The notes below the pieces were generated by a model, which had not been told where the DNA came from, searched no databases, and saw only the letters and a program-made list of their open reading frames with translations. Positions 1 through 12,291 of a stretch of DNA of 64,000 nucleotides are shown here, piece after piece. The position numbers and the translations under genes were made by a program. How positions within the stretch are numbered: the stretch's first letter is position 1; every line of letters begins with the position of its first letter. This DNA is from Escherichia coli (GTDB lineage: Bacteria > Pseudomonadota > Gammaproteobacteria > Enterobacterales > Enterobacteriaceae), in the NCBI RefSeq assembly GCF_024223415.1, contig NZ_CP100500.1; one strand, written 5' to 3'.

Positions 1-10
1 AACGCATCGT

Positions 11-86
<76 letters not shown>

Positions 87-95
87 AATTTCCAA

Positions 96-122
96 CCCTC
101 GCTGCAAAGCGGGGGTTTTTTG
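96..122 (+). terminator. Rho-independent terminator after tRNA-Ala
   Basis: GC-rich hairpin CCCTCGC-TGCAA-AGCGGGGG followed by a T-run. Confidence 0.6.
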
Positions 123-293
123 TCTCTGCTTTTTGCCGCTTTTGTAATACAGTCTACGTCCGGGTTAGCGCCGCCTGGTGAAAGCATCATTGGATGAAAA
201 ATCGGCAACAGGCTGGCCCCTGTTTGCTTCGCGATGCGAATAAACTTATTATTTGTGTGCCTGAAAACCCCGATCAGTGAGAGTAGTGTACTC

Positions 294-2483
294 ATGTTTG
301 TGGAGCATAACCTGATAAAAAATATCAAGATATTCACACTAGCGTTTACGCTCACCGTGGTACTTATTCAGCTTTCCCGTTTTATTTCGCCACTTGCCAT
401 TATCCATTCCAGTTATATCTTTCTGGCGTGGATGCCACTGTGCGTAATGCTGTCAATCTTGTTTATCTTTGGCTGGCGCGGTGTCGTTCCCGTTTTATGC
501 GGGATGTTTTGCACCAATCTGTGGAACTTTCATCTCTCTTTTTTACAGACTGCGGTCATGCTCGGTAGCCAGACGTTTGTCGTGTTGTGTGCCTGCGCAA
601 TATTACGCTGGCAGCTGGGGACGCGTTGGCGTTATGGATTGACCAGCCGATATGTCTGGCAACGTCTGTTCTGGCTTGGTTTGGTGACGCCGATCGGCAT
701 CAAATGCAGCATGTATCTTGTGGGGAGCTTCTTTGATTTCCCGCTAAAGATATCCACCTTTTTCGGCGATGCGGATGCCATTTTCACGGTCGTTGATTTG
801 CTAAGCCTTTTCACCGCTGTGCTGATTTACAACATGCTTTTCTACTATCTCACTCGCATGATTGTAAGTCCCCACTTTGCGCAGATATTGTGGCGCAGGG
901 ATATCGCTCCGTCGTTGGGCAAAGAGAAACGCGCATTTACCTTAAGCTGGCTGGCAGCGTTAAGCGTGCTGCTACTTCTGTTGTGCACACCTTATGAAAA
1001 CGACTTTATTGCCGGTTACCTGGTACCCGTTTTCTTCATCATCTTTACCCTCGGGGTCGGTAAGCTTCGCTATCCGTTTTTAAATCTCACTTGGGCTGTT
1101 TCAACGCTTTGCCTGCTGAATTACAACCAGAACTTTTTGCAAGGGGTGGAAACCGAATATTCGCTGGCATTTATTCTCGCGGTGCTGATTTCCTTTAGCG
1201 TTTGCCTGCTCTATATGGTGCGCATTTATCATCGCAGTGAATGGCTTAATCGACGCTGGCATTTGCAGGCGCTGACCGATCCGTTAACGCTCCTACCCAA
1301 TTTTCGTGCGTTGGAACAAGCGCCGGAGCAAGAGGCGGGCAAGAGTTTTTGCTGCCTGCGCATTGATAATCTTGAGTTTATGAGTCGTCATTACGGGTTA
1401 ATGATGCGCGTTCACTGTATCCGATCAATTTACCGTACGCTGCTGCCGTTGATGCAGGAAAACGAAAAGTTGTATCAATTGCCGGGTAGTGAACTGCTGT
1501 TAGTGCTGAGCGGGCCGGAAACGGAAGGGCGACTCCAGCATATGGTTAACATCCTGAATAGTCGGCAAATTCACTGGAACAATACCGGGCTGGATATGGG
1601 CTATGGTGCTGCCTGGGGGCGTTTTGATGGAAATCAGGAAACCCTGCAACCCTTGTTGGGGCAGTTAAGCTGGCTGGCGGAGCAATCCTGTGCACATCAT
1701 CATGTGCTGGCGCTGGATAGCAGAGAGGAGATGGTTTCCGGGCAGACCACTAAACAGGTGCTATTGCTGAATACCATTCGAACGGCGTTAGATCAGGGTG
1801 ATTTGCTGCTCTACGCCCAGCCAATTCGCAACAAAGAGGGTGAAGGTTATGATGAGATCCTCGCGCGACTGAAATATGACGGCGGCATTATGACCCCGGA
1901 TAAGTTTCTGCCCCTTATTGCTCAGTTTAACCTTAGCGCGCGTTTTGATTTGCAAGTGCTGGAATCCTTGTTGAAGTGGCTGGCAACACACCCTTGCGAC
2001 AAAAAAGGCCCGCGCTTTTCAGTTAATTTAATGCCGCTCACGCTGCTGCAAAAGAATATTGCCGGGCGGATTATTCGTCTATTTAAGCGTTATCACATCT
2101 CCCCGCAGGCGGTCATTCTTGAGATCACCGAGGAGCAGGCGTTTTCTAACGCAGAAAGCAGCATGTACAACATCGAGCAGCTGCATAAGTTTGGTTTCCG
2201 GATTGCGATTGATGACTTTGGCACCGGCTATGCCAACTACGAACGGTTAAAGCGTTTGCAGGCTGATATCATCAAAATTGATGGCGTCTTTGTGAAAGAT
2301 ATTGTCACGAATACGCTGGATGCGATGATTGTGAGATCAATTACCGATCTGGCGAAAGCGAAGTCATTGAGTGTGGTCGCGGAGTTTGTCGAGACGCAAC
2401 AGCAGCAGGCGTTATTGCATAAGCTCGGGGTGCAATATCTGCAGGGGTATTTGATTGGTCGCCCGCAGCCATTAGCTGATTAA
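294..2483 (+). CDS. pdeA: c-di-GMP phosphodiesterase PdeA (YfeA), membrane protein with C-terminal EAL domain
   Basis: ORF 234..2483; the recalled K-12 protein is 729 aa starting MFVEHNLIKN, which is the internal Met 20 codons downstream of the ORF start. Multiple N-terminal hydrophobic segments and an EAL-like C-terminus. Confidence 0.85.
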   Translation: MFVEHNLIKNIKIFTLAFTLTVVLIQLSRFISPLAIIHSSYIFLAWMPLCVMLSILFIFGWRGVVPVLCGMFCTNLWNFHLSFLQTAVMLGSQTFVVLCACAILRWQLGTRWRYGLTSRYVWQRLFWLGLVTPIGIKCSMYLVGSFFDFPLKISTFFGDADAIFTVVDLLSLFTAVLIYNMLFYYLTRMIVSPHFAQILWRRDIAPSLGKEKRAFTLSWLAALSVLLLLLCTPYENDFIAGYLVPVFFIIFTLGVGKLRYPFLNLTWAVSTLCLLNYNQNFLQGVETEYSLAFILAVLISFSVCLLYMVRIYHRSEWLNRRWHLQALTDPLTLLPNFRALEQAPEQEAGKSFCCLRIDNLEFMSRHYGLMMRVHCIRSIYRTLLPLMQENEKLYQLPGSELLLVLSGPETEGRLQHMVNILNSRQIHWNNTGLDMGYGAAWGRFDGNQETLQPLLGQLSWLAEQSCAHHHVLALDSREEMVSGQTTKQVLLLNTIRTALDQGDLLLYAQPIRNKEGEGYDEILARLKYDGGIMTPDKFLPLIAQFNLSARFDLQVLESLLKWLATHPCDKKGPRFSVNLMPLTLLQKNIAGRIIRLFKRYHISPQAVILEITEEQAFSNAESSMYNIEQLHKFGFRIAIDDFGTGYANYERLKRLQADIIKIDGVFVKDIVTNTLDAMIVRSITDLAKAKSLSVVAEFVETQQQQALLHKLGVQYLQGYLIGRPQPLAD

Positions 2484-2491
2484 CAGGCGTA

Positions 2492-2523
2492 AAAAAACCG
2501 GGGAATTATCCCCGGCTTTTTTA
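2492..2523. terminator. Bidirectional rho-independent terminator between convergent pdeA and nupC
   Basis: Hairpin AAAAAAACCGGGGAATTATCCCCGGCTTTTTT with A-run on one side and T-run on the other. No IS element lies between the two genes. Confidence 0.7.
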
Positions 2524-2532
2524 TGTATGGTC

Positions 2533-3735
2533 TTACAGCACCAGTGCTGCGATTGACGCAGACAGCACACTCACCAGGGTAGAGCCGTAAACCAGCTTCA
2601 GACCGAAGCGAGAAACCACGTTACCTTGCTCTTCATTCAGGCCTTTAACTGCACCTGCGATAATCCCGATTGAAGAGAAGTTAGCGAAGGAAACCAGGAA
2701 CACAGAGATGATGCCTTCAGCACGCGGAGAGAGTGTAGAGGCAATTTTCTGCAGATCCATCATCGCAACGAACTCGTTAGAAACCAGTTTGGTCGCCATG
2801 ATACTGCCCACTTGCAGTGCTTCACTGGAAGGAACACCCATCACCCATGCAATCGGATAGAAGATGTAGCCCAGGATGCCCTGGAAGGAGATGCTGTAGC
2901 CAAACCAGCCAGTCACGGTAGCAAACAGTGCGTTCAGCGCGGCGATCAGGGCGATAAAGCCGATCAGCATCGCGGCAACGATAATGGCAACTTTGAAACC
3001 TGCCAGAATGTATTCACCCAGCATTTCGAAGAAGCTCTGACCTTCGTGCAGGTTGGACATCTGAATGTTTTCTTCACTGGCATCAACACGGTAAGGGTTG
3101 ATCAGCGACAGCACGATAAAGGTGCTGAACATGTTCAGTACCAGCGCCGCAACGACATATTTCGGCTCCAGCATGGTCATGTATGCACCAACGATGGACA
3201 TAGATACGGTGGACATCGCCGTTGCTGCCATGGTATACATACGATTGCGGGAGATTTTGCCGAGGATATCTTTATAGGCAATAAAGTTTTCAGACTGACC
3301 CAGAATCAGGGAGCTGACGGCGTTAAAGGATTCCAGTTTGCCCATGCCGTTGACTTTGGAGAGCAGGAAACCAATTGCGCGGATAATCACCGGCAACACG
3401 CGAATGTGCTGGAGAATACCGATCAGTGCAGAGATAAAGACGATTGGGCACAGCACTTTCAGGAAGAAGAATGCCAGGCCTTGATCATTCATGCTACCAA
3501 AGACGAAGTTAGTCCCTTCGTTGGCAAATCCGAGCAGTTTTTCGAACATTTCGGAGAAGCCTTTCACGAAGCCTAAACCAACGTCGGAGTTCAGGAAGAA
3601 CCACGCCAGTAACACTTCGATAACAAGCAGTTGAATAACATAACGGATACGAATTTTTTTGCGGTCGCTGCTTACCAGCAGTGCGAGAATCGCAACAACG
3701 GCAAGTGCCAGTACAAAATGAAGGACGCGGTCCAT
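2533..3735 (-). CDS. nupC: Nucleoside:H+ symporter NupC
   Basis: ORF 2533..3774; protein matches NupC from [14 protein letters not shown] (400 aa). The first 13 codons of the ORF are probably an upstream extension. Confidence 0.9.
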
Positions 3736-4002
3736 ATTTGCTCCAAATATGAGGCAGGTTAAATTTCCGTGCACATTCTATGTAACATGGTTAAGGAAAA
3801 CGAGATCTGACACACACTATAATGACGTCCTGTGACAAGCTTCAAAAATAGTGAGCTGTCATACATTTCTGCTATGTTGTGTATGGAAGCTGAAAGTTAT
3901 GTAAATGTGCTAACATTAAACATAACCATAACATTCAAGTCATCAATCTTTTCGTAGTCATAATCCTGGTCTATCAGAGAAATCACCACAACCCATTTAA
4001 AT

Positions 4003-4021
4003 GAATTTGATAATCATTCTC
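4003..4021 (+). promoter_or_regulatory. Fur box in the mntH promoter
   Basis: TTGATAATCATTCTC-like sequence resembling the Fur consensus GATAATGATAATCATTATC, about 50 nt upstream of the mntH start. Confidence 0.5.
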
Positions 4022-4036
4022 GTTTGGCATAGCATG

Positions 4037-4058
4037 AAACATAGCAAAGGCTATGTTT
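4037..4058 (+). promoter_or_regulatory. MntR operator in the mntH promoter
   Basis: Near-perfect palindrome AAACATAGC-AAA-GGCTATGTTT immediately upstream of the mntH RBS, matching the known MntR box. Confidence 0.65.
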
Positions 4059-4061
4059 TAG

Positions 4062-5309
<1,248 letters not shown>

Positions 5310-5336
5310 TTCAACTGGTGTCGCATCTGGCACCAT

Positions 5337-5428
<92 letters not shown>

Positions 5429-5449
5429 GTGCTCCATTGGCGAATGTGT

Positions 5450-5776
5450 TTAATGGCGGTGTCCATGTCCGCGGCCTTTTCCGCGATGATCGTCACGATC
5501 GCGCCAGCCTTCACGATAGCCACGCTCATATGCTTTACGCTTATCCCAGCCACGATGGTAGCCATTATCATGACGCCACCAGCGGTTTTTACGCCATTCA
5601 TAATTGCGATGCCAGTAGTCACGGTCGCGCCAGTGACCACCGTCCCAGTAATTACCGTAATGATCGCGATCGCCAATTTGTAATTTGATTGATGGCAGTA
5701 GGGTGATTTCGCCTGCGTTTGCTGCAAGCGGGGTAAATGCCATCAGGGCGGCCGCCAGAAACAGTGACCTGAACAT
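5450..5776 (-). CDS. ypeC: DUF2502 small secreted protein YpeC
   Basis: 108-aa ORF with a signal peptide ([21 protein letters not shown]) and a basic, Trp/Arg/Asp/His-rich low-complexity C-terminus, as in YpeC. Confidence 0.8.
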
Positions 5777-5890
5777 TGTTATTCTCCTTCACGATCGAAG
5801 CCGTCAGCGGCCTGTTAACGCAATATTACGGGGAGGTAAAGCCCCGTATCATCGCCATAACTCTTAAATCATAAAGGAGAGCATTTTTTG

Positions 5891-7147
5891 CTAAACGTTA
5901 TCGTGGGGTGGCTGTTGCTTCGGACGATTGACCATCATCATCGGCTTACCTGCTAATAACAGCCATGCCGGAAGCATGACGATACAGAGCAGCGGTAGCA
6001 ATGTGGTATTGGGTACAACGACTGCCGCCATAAAAAGACTTAACCAGCCATCGCGTGTTACCACCAGCACGATGCCGAGAATAGCGCAGGAAACGGTTAT
6101 TGCCGCTGGTACGGCGGGAACGTGCTCATGCAGCATCAACCCTAATGCCACGCCGACAAACACTGCCGGGAAGATTCGCCCACCGCGAAAGCCACTGGCG
6201 GCAGCAACGACCAGGGCGGCAAGTTTAATTACCGCCAGCAAAAAGTAATCGCTGGTGCTGAAAGCCTGATTTGCCACCATCTGCTGCATCTCATCCAGCC
6301 CTTTAAACAGCGAAACTGGTCCACCAATAACCCCCAGAATACCGAGAATAAATCCACCAATACCCAGCACGAGCACCGGATTTTTCATTTGATGCATCAT
6401 CGCGTGCAACCGTGGTAAGCACCATACGGCGACCATCCCTGCTGCGATGGCAATCGCCGCGACAATTGCACCGCTGAGAATATCGGTCATTTCCATCTGT
6501 CCGTAATGCGCAATGGGCAATGAAAAATGAGGATGGAAAAATAATCCGGTAGTAAGTGCACCAGCTGCTGCCGCCATTAACGGCGCAAAAAGACGATCCC
6601 ATAGCGGAACTTCACTACTGCCATTTAAGGTTTGCGAAAATATCAACGCCGCCGCAACAGGTGTACCAAACAGCGCGCCGATGGTTCCGGCAGAGGCTAA
6701 AATAGTCCACTCCATTCGGTTGACGCGCGGTAACAGACGAGCGCCAATGGCAACCGCAAGGGCGATATTGACGGTCATGATCGGATGTTCCGGCCCCAGG
6801 CTGACGCCGCCAGCAAGACCGAGAATTAATGCTACGATAAGTCCTGGTAGCGCAGAGGGCGGAACCGGTGCGCCGATCAGCGGTTCACAGGCGGGGTCTG
6901 GTCCGGCATGACCCTGGCTGAAACGGATAACCAACCCCACCGCAATACCCGTTAGCGTTAATACACCGATGATCCAGAGAGGTGAATCCTGTGCTATTCC
7001 CAGAGTTCCCGGCAGTCGTTGCCAGAGCAAATTCTGTAATACCGAGGCGATTTTCATCACCACAATCAGAATAAGACTGGACGCAATCCCAATTGCCACG
7101 GCGGGGAGCGATAATAACAACATGGTTCTGGCTCGCGGATGGAGCAT
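5891..7147 (-). CDS. yfeO: Putative ion channel/transporter YfeO (ClC-like family)
   Basis: 418-aa polytopic membrane ORF between ypeC and glk, in the conserved position of yfeO. Confidence 0.85.
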
Positions 7148-7350
7148 GTTCTATTCCTTATGCGGGGTCAGATACTTAGTTTGCCCAGCTTGCAAAAAGG
7201 CATCGCTGCAATTGGTGCTGAAACGATAAAGTAATTGTGTGACCCAGATCGATATTTACTGGGAGCCTGCCTTTCCGGCGTTGTTGTTATGCCCCCAGGT
7301 ATTTACAGTGTGAGAAAGAATTATTTTGACTTTAGCGGAGCAGTTGAAGA

Positions 7351-8316
7351 ATGACAAAGTATGCATTAGTCGGTGATGTGGGCGGCACCAACGCACGTCT
7401 TGCTCTGTGTGATATTGCCAGTGGTGAAATCTCGCAGGCTAAGACCTATTCAGGGCTTGATTACCCCAGCCTCGAAGCGGTCATTCGCGTTTATCTTGAA
7501 GAACATAAGGTCGAGGTGAAAGACGGCTGTATTGCCATCGCTTGCCCGATTACCGGAGACTGGGTGGCAATGACCAACCATACCTGGGCGTTCTCAATTG
7601 CCGAAATGAAAAAGAATCTCGGTTTTAGCCATCTGGAAATTATTAACGATTTTACCGCTGTATCGATGGCGATCCCGATGCTGAAAAAAGAGCATCTGAT
7701 TCAGTTTGGTGGCGCAGAGCCGATAGAAGGTAAGCCTATTGCGGTTTACGGTGCCGGAACGGGGCTTGGGGTTGCGCATCTGGTCCATGTCGATAAGCGT
7801 TGGGTAAGCTTGCCGGGCGAAGGCGGTCACGTTGATTTTGCGCCGAATAGTGAAGAAGAGGCCATTATCCTCGAAATATTGCGTGCGGAAATTGGTCATG
7901 TTTCGGCGGAACGCGTGCTTTCTGGCCCAGGACTGGTGAATTTGTATCGCGCAATTGTTAAAGCCGACAACCGCCTGCCAGAAAATCTCAAGCCAAAAGA
8001 TATTACCGAACGCGCGCTGGCTGACAGCTGCACCGATTGCCGCCGTGCGTTGTCGCTGTTTTGCGTCATTATGGGCCGTTTTGGCGGCAATCTGGCGCTC
8101 AATCTCGGGACATTTGGCGGCGTGTTTATTGCGGGCGGTATCGTGCCGCGCTTCCTTGAGTTCTTCAAAGCCTCTGGTTTCCGTGCCGCATTTGAAGATA
8201 AAGGGCGCTTTAAAGAATATGTCCATGATATTCCGGTGTATCTCATCGTCCATGACAATCCGGGTCTTCTCGGTTCCGGTGCACATTTACGCCAGACCTT
8301 AGGTCACATTCTGTAA
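7351..8316 (+). CDS. glk: Glucokinase
   Basis: 321-aa ORF starting [21 protein letters not shown], the glucokinase N-terminus with its ATP-binding motif. Confidence 0.95.
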   Translation: MTKYALVGDVGGTNARLALCDIASGEISQAKTYSGLDYPSLEAVIRVYLEEHKVEVKDGCIAIACPITGDWVAMTNHTWAFSIAEMKKNLGFSHLEIINDFTAVSMAIPMLKKEHLIQFGGAEPIEGKPIAVYGAGTGLGVAHLVHVDKRWVSLPGEGGHVDFAPNSEEEAIILEILRAEIGHVSAERVLSGPGLVNLYRAIVKADNRLPENLKPKDITERALADSCTDCRRALSLFCVIMGRFGGNLALNLGTFGGVFIAGGIVPRFLEFFKASGFRAAFEDKGRFKEYVHDIPVYLIVHDNPGLLGSGAHLRQTLGHIL

Positions 8317-8534
8317 ATCCTTCCTGTTATATCGGGAGGTAACTCTCCCGATAATCTTTTAAATCATACAGTTAATTCAATTTTTCTTTGTGTCCCCTCA
8401 CAAGGCCGACCTGCGTCACACTTCCGTACAGCGGGATTAATTCTCCAGTAAATGCATTATTTGTCTGGTAACGGCGATTTGTTTTGCACGTTCATAATTT
8501 CACTCGTCAACTATCACTGAACGAGGAATTAACG

Positions 8535-8861
8535 ATGAGTAAGAAACTGATTGCCTTATGTGCCTGCCCGATGGGCCTGGCTCATACCTTTATGGCCGCT
8601 CAGGCGCTGGAAGAAGCAGCGGTAGAAGCCGGTTATGAAGTGAAAATTGAAACCCAGGGCGCGGACGGTATCCAGAATCGCCTGACGGCGCAGGATATCG
8701 CCGAAGCGACCATCATCATCCACTCCGTGGCAGTAACCCCGGAAGATAACGAACGTTTCGAATCACGCGATGTTTATGAAATCACTTTGCAGGACGCAAT
8801 TAAAAACGCTGCGGGCATCATCAAAGAAATCGAAGAGATGATTGCCTCTGAACAACAGTAA
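8535..8861 (+). CDS. fryB: PTS fructose-like IIB component FryB
   Basis: ORF 8484..8861; the 108-aa protein from internal Met MSKKLIALCACPMGLAHTF has the IIB Cys motif, and a GAGGA RBS precedes this ATG. Confidence 0.85.
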   Translation: MSKKLIALCACPMGLAHTFMAAQALEEAAVEAGYEVKIETQGADGIQNRLTAQDIAEATIIIHSVAVTPEDNERFESRDVYEITLQDAIKNAAGIIKEIEEMIASEQQ

Positions 8862-8882
8862 TATTCGACAGGGATAATTGTT

Positions 8883-10130
8883 ATGGCCATTAAAAAACGC
8901 AGTGCAACCGTTGTGCCTGGCGCATCCGGTGCGGCAGCGGCAGTTAAGAATCCGCAGGCCTCTAAAAGCAGCTTCTGGGGTGAACTCCCGCAGCATGTGA
9001 TGTCAGGGATTTCACGCATGGTGCCGACCTTAATTATGGGCGGTGTGATCCTCGCTTTCAGCCAGCTGATTGCTTATAGCTGGCTTAAAATTCCTGCTGA
9101 TATCGGCATCATGGATGCTCTTAATAGCGGGAAATTCTCCGGTTTCGACCTCTCCTTACTGAAATTTGCCTGGTTGTCGCAGTCCTTCGGCGGCGTGTTG
9201 TTTGGTTTTGCCATTCCGATGTTTGCTGCTTTTGTGGCGAACTCTATCGGTGGCAAACTGGCGTTTCCGGCTGGTTTTATCGGCGGCTTGATGTCTACCC
9301 AGCCGACGCAACTGCTGAACTTCGATCCCAGCACTATGCAATGGGCGACCTCTTCGCCGGTGCCGTCCACCTTCATTGGTGCGCTGATTATTTCTATCGT
9401 TGCCGGTTACCTTGTGAAATGGATGAACCAGAAAATCCAGTTACCGGATTTCCTGTTAGCGTTCAAAACCACATTTTTGCTACCGATTCTTTCCGCCATT
9501 TTTGTCATGCTGGCGATGTACTACGTCATCACCCCATTTGGTGGCTGGATCAACGGCGGTATCCGTACCGTGCTGACTGCCGCAGGTGAGAAGGGCGCGC
9601 TGATGTACGCAATGGGGATCGCCGCGGCGACAGCAATCGACCTTGGTGGCCCGATCAACAAAGCCGCAGGTTTTGTTGCCTTCAGCTTTACCACTGACCA
9701 CGTATTACCGGTCACCGCACGTTCTATCGCTATCGTTATTCCGCCGATTGGTCTGGGTCTGGCGACCATTATCGACCGTCGTTTAACCGGCAAACGCCTG
9801 TTCAACGCACAACTTTATCCGCAGGGTAAGACCGCGATGTTCCTTGCCTTTATGGGGATCAGTGAGGGTGCGATTCCGTTTGCACTGGAAAGCCCCATCA
9901 CCGCCATTCCGTCCTATATGGTCGGCGCGATTGTCGGCTCAACCGCCGCTGTCTGGTTGGGCGCAGTGCAATGGTTCCCGGAGTCCGCTATCTGGGCATG
10001 GCCACTGGTCACTAACCTCGGCGTCTACATGGCGGGGATCGCGCTGGGGGCAGTCATTACTGCGCTGATGGTGGTGTTCCTGCGTCTGATGATGTTCCGT
10101 AAAGGCAAATTGTTAATCGATAGCCTGTAA
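8883..10130 (+). CDS. fryC: PTS fructose-like IIC permease FryC
   Basis: 415-aa polytopic membrane ORF directly downstream of fryB. Confidence 0.85.
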   Translation: MAIKKRSATVVPGASGAAAAVKNPQASKSSFWGELPQHVMSGISRMVPTLIMGGVILAFSQLIAYSWLKIPADIGIMDALNSGKFSGFDLSLLKFAWLSQSFGGVLFGFAIPMFAAFVANSIGGKLAFPAGFIGGLMSTQPTQLLNFDPSTMQWATSSPVPSTFIGALIISIVAGYLVKWMNQKIQLPDFLLAFKTTFLLPILSAIFVMLAMYYVITPFGGWINGGIRTVLTAAGEKGALMYAMGIAAATAIDLGGPINKAAGFVAFSFTTDHVLPVTARSIAIVIPPIGLGLATIIDRRLTGKRLFNAQLYPQGKTAMFLAFMGISEGAIPFALESPITAIPSYMVGAIVGSTAAVWLGAVQWFPESAIWAWPLVTNLGVYMAGIALGAVITALMVVFLRLMMFRKGKLLIDSL

Positions 10131-10144
10131 GAAGGAAAATCCAG

Positions 10145-11230
10145 ATGACATTACTCGCTTCGCTGCGTGACTGGCTTAAGGCGCAACAACTGGATGCGGT
10201 GCTTCTCTCCTCACGGCAGAACAAACAGCCGCATCTGGGGATCTCCACCGGATCAGGCTATGTGCTGATTAGCCGTGAAAGTGCGCACATTCTGGTGGAC
10301 TCGCGCTATTACGCGGATGTAGAAGCCCGCACGCAAGGTTACCAGCTGCATTTGCTTGACGCGACGTACACGCTTACAACCATCGCCAGGCAAATCATTG
10401 CCGATGAGCAGTTGCAAACGCTCGGTTTTGAAGGCCAGCAGGTGAGTTGGGAAACCGCGCACCGCTGGCAGTCTGAACTCAATGCGAAACTGGTTAGCGC
10501 CACGCCGGATGTGCTGCGGCAAATCAAAACGCCAGAGGAGGTGGAGAAAATCCGCCTTGCCTGTGGGATTGCCGATCGCGGTGCAGAGCATATTCGCCGC
10601 TTTATTCAGGCGGGGATGAGCGAGCGCGAGATAGCCGCTGAACTGGAGTGGTTTATGCGCCAGCAGGGCGCAGAAAAAGCCTCTTTTGACACCATTGTTG
10701 CCAGTGGCTGGCGTGGGGCGCTGCCGCACGGCAAAGCCAGCGACAAGATTGTTGCAGCGGGCGAGTTTGTCACTCTCGATTTCGGTGCGCTCTATCAGGG
10801 CTACTGCTCTGATATGACGCGCACCTTGCTGGTGAATGGCGAAGGGGTGAGCGCCGAATCTCATCCGCTGTTTAACGTCTATCAGATTGTTTTGCAGGCA
10901 CAGCTCGCAGCAATCTCTGCAATTCGCCCCGGCGTGCGCTGCCAGCAGGTTGACGACGCCGCGCGTCGGGTGATTACCGAGGCAGGATTTGGCGACTATT
11001 TTGGTCACAACACCGGTCATGCTATTGGCATTGAAGTACACGAAGATCCGCGTTTTTCACCGCGGGACACCACGACGCTACAGCCAGGCATGTTGCTGAC
11101 CGTGGAGCCGGGGATTTATTTGCCAGGGCAAGGGGGCGTGCGCATCGAGGATGTTGTGCTGGTCACCCCGCAAGGCGCAGAAGTGCTCTACGCCATGCCG
11201 AAAACAGTGTTGCTCACGGGAGAGGCATAA
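10145..11230 (+). CDS. ypdF: M24-family Xaa-Pro aminopeptidase YpdF
   Basis: 361-aa ORF with a pita-bread metallopeptidase C-terminal region ([13 protein letters not shown]), in the ypdF position. Confidence 0.85.
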   Translation: MTLLASLRDWLKAQQLDAVLLSSRQNKQPHLGISTGSGYVLISRESAHILVDSRYYADVEARTQGYQLHLLDATYTLTTIARQIIADEQLQTLGFEGQQVSWETAHRWQSELNAKLVSATPDVLRQIKTPEEVEKIRLACGIADRGAEHIRRFIQAGMSEREIAAELEWFMRQQGAEKASFDTIVASGWRGALPHGKASDKIVAAGEFVTLDFGALYQGYCSDMTRTLLVNGEGVSAESHPLFNVYQIVLQAQLAAISAIRPGVRCQQVDDAARRVITEAGFGDYFGHNTGHAIGIEVHEDPRFSPRDTTTLQPGMLLTVEPGIYLPGQGGVRIEDVVLVTPQGAEVLYAMPKTVLLTGEA

Positions 11231-12267
11231 TGGATTTATCGCTATTGAAAGCGTTGAGCGAGGCAGATGCGATCGCCTCCTCGGAACAGGAAGTGCGGCA
11301 GATCCTGCTGGAAGAAGCGGATCGCCTGCAAAAAGAAGTGCGATTTGATGGGCTGGGATCGGTGCTGATCCGCCTCAATGAATCGACAGGTCCGAAAGTG
11401 ATGCTCTGTGCGCATATGGACGAAGTTGGATTTATGGTGCGCAGTATCTCCCGCGAAGGCGCAATTGATGTGCTGCCGGTTGGCAACGTGCGCATGGCTG
11501 CCCGCCAGCTGCAGCCGGTGCGCATCACCACCCGTGAAGAGTGCAAAATTCCAGGCCTGCTTGACGGCGACCGGCAGGGGAATGATGTCAGCGCCATGCG
11601 CGTGGATATTGGCGCGCGCTCGTATGACGAAGTGATGCAGGCGGGAATTCGTCCAGGCGATCGCGTCACGTTTGATACTACTTTTCAGGTTCTCCCTCAC
11701 CAGCGGGTGATGGGGAAAGCCTTTGATGACCGCCTCGGTTGCTACCTGCTGGTGACGTTACTGCGCGAACTACACAGCGCTGAACTGCCTGCGGAAGTGT
11801 GGCTGGTGGCCAGTTCCAGCGAAGAGGTGGGGTTACGCGGCGGGCAAACTGCCACCCGCGCGGTGTCGCCGGACGTCGCCATTGTCCTTGATACCGCCTG
11901 CTGGGCGAAAAACTTTGATTATGGCGCGGCTAACCATCGCCAGATTGGTAACGGCCCGATGCTGGTGTTAAGCGACAAGTCACTGATTGCGCCGCCAAAA
12001 CTCACCGCCTGGATCGAAACCGTGGCGGCAGAAATTGGCGTGCCGTTACAGGCGGATATGTTCAGTAACGGCGGCACGGACGGTGGAGCGGTGCACTTAA
12101 CCGGTACTGGCGTACCCGCAGTGGTGATGGGGCCTGCCACCCGCCACGGACATTGCGCCGCGTCGATTGCCGATTGCCGCGACATTTTGCAGATGGAGCA
12201 ACTTTTATCTGCCCTTATTCAACGTCTTACGCGTGAGACGGTTGTTCAACTGACGGATTTCAGATGA
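11230..12267 (+). CDS. ypdE: M42-family aminopeptidase YpdE
   Basis: 345-aa ORF; its start overlaps the ypdF stop (ATAATGG), in the ypdE position. Confidence 0.85.
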   Translation: MDLSLLKALSEADAIASSEQEVRQILLEEADRLQKEVRFDGLGSVLIRLNESTGPKVMLCAHMDEVGFMVRSISREGAIDVLPVGNVRMAARQLQPVRITTREECKIPGLLDGDRQGNDVSAMRVDIGARSYDEVMQAGIRPGDRVTFDTTFQVLPHQRVMGKAFDDRLGCYLLVTLLRELHSAELPAEVWLVASSSEEVGLRGGQTATRAVSPDVAIVLDTACWAKNFDYGAANHRQIGNGPMLVLSDKSLIAPPKLTAWIETVAAEIGVPLQADMFSNGGTDGGAVHLTGTGVPAVVMGPATRHGHCAASIADCRDILQMEQLLSALIQRLTRETVVQLTDFR

Positions 12268-12291
12268 TCTCCTGATTAACCCGGAGCGGTT

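Noticed and set aside
2812-3576. 254-aa plus-strand ORF entirely inside nupC on the opposite strand
   Set aside because: Antisense to a well-supported membrane transporter gene; His/Gly/Asp/Arg-rich translation typical of the reverse frame of a GC-rich gene. No start context or plausible fold.
5429-5688. Plus-strand ORFs (83 to 84 aa) antisense to ypeC, including a His-rich one
   Set aside because: They mirror the low-complexity repeats of ypeC on the other strand; no independent start signal.
10253-11041. 262-aa minus-strand ORF antisense to ypdF
   Set aside because: Fully nested in the opposite strand of a peptidase gene; composition typical of a shadow ORF.
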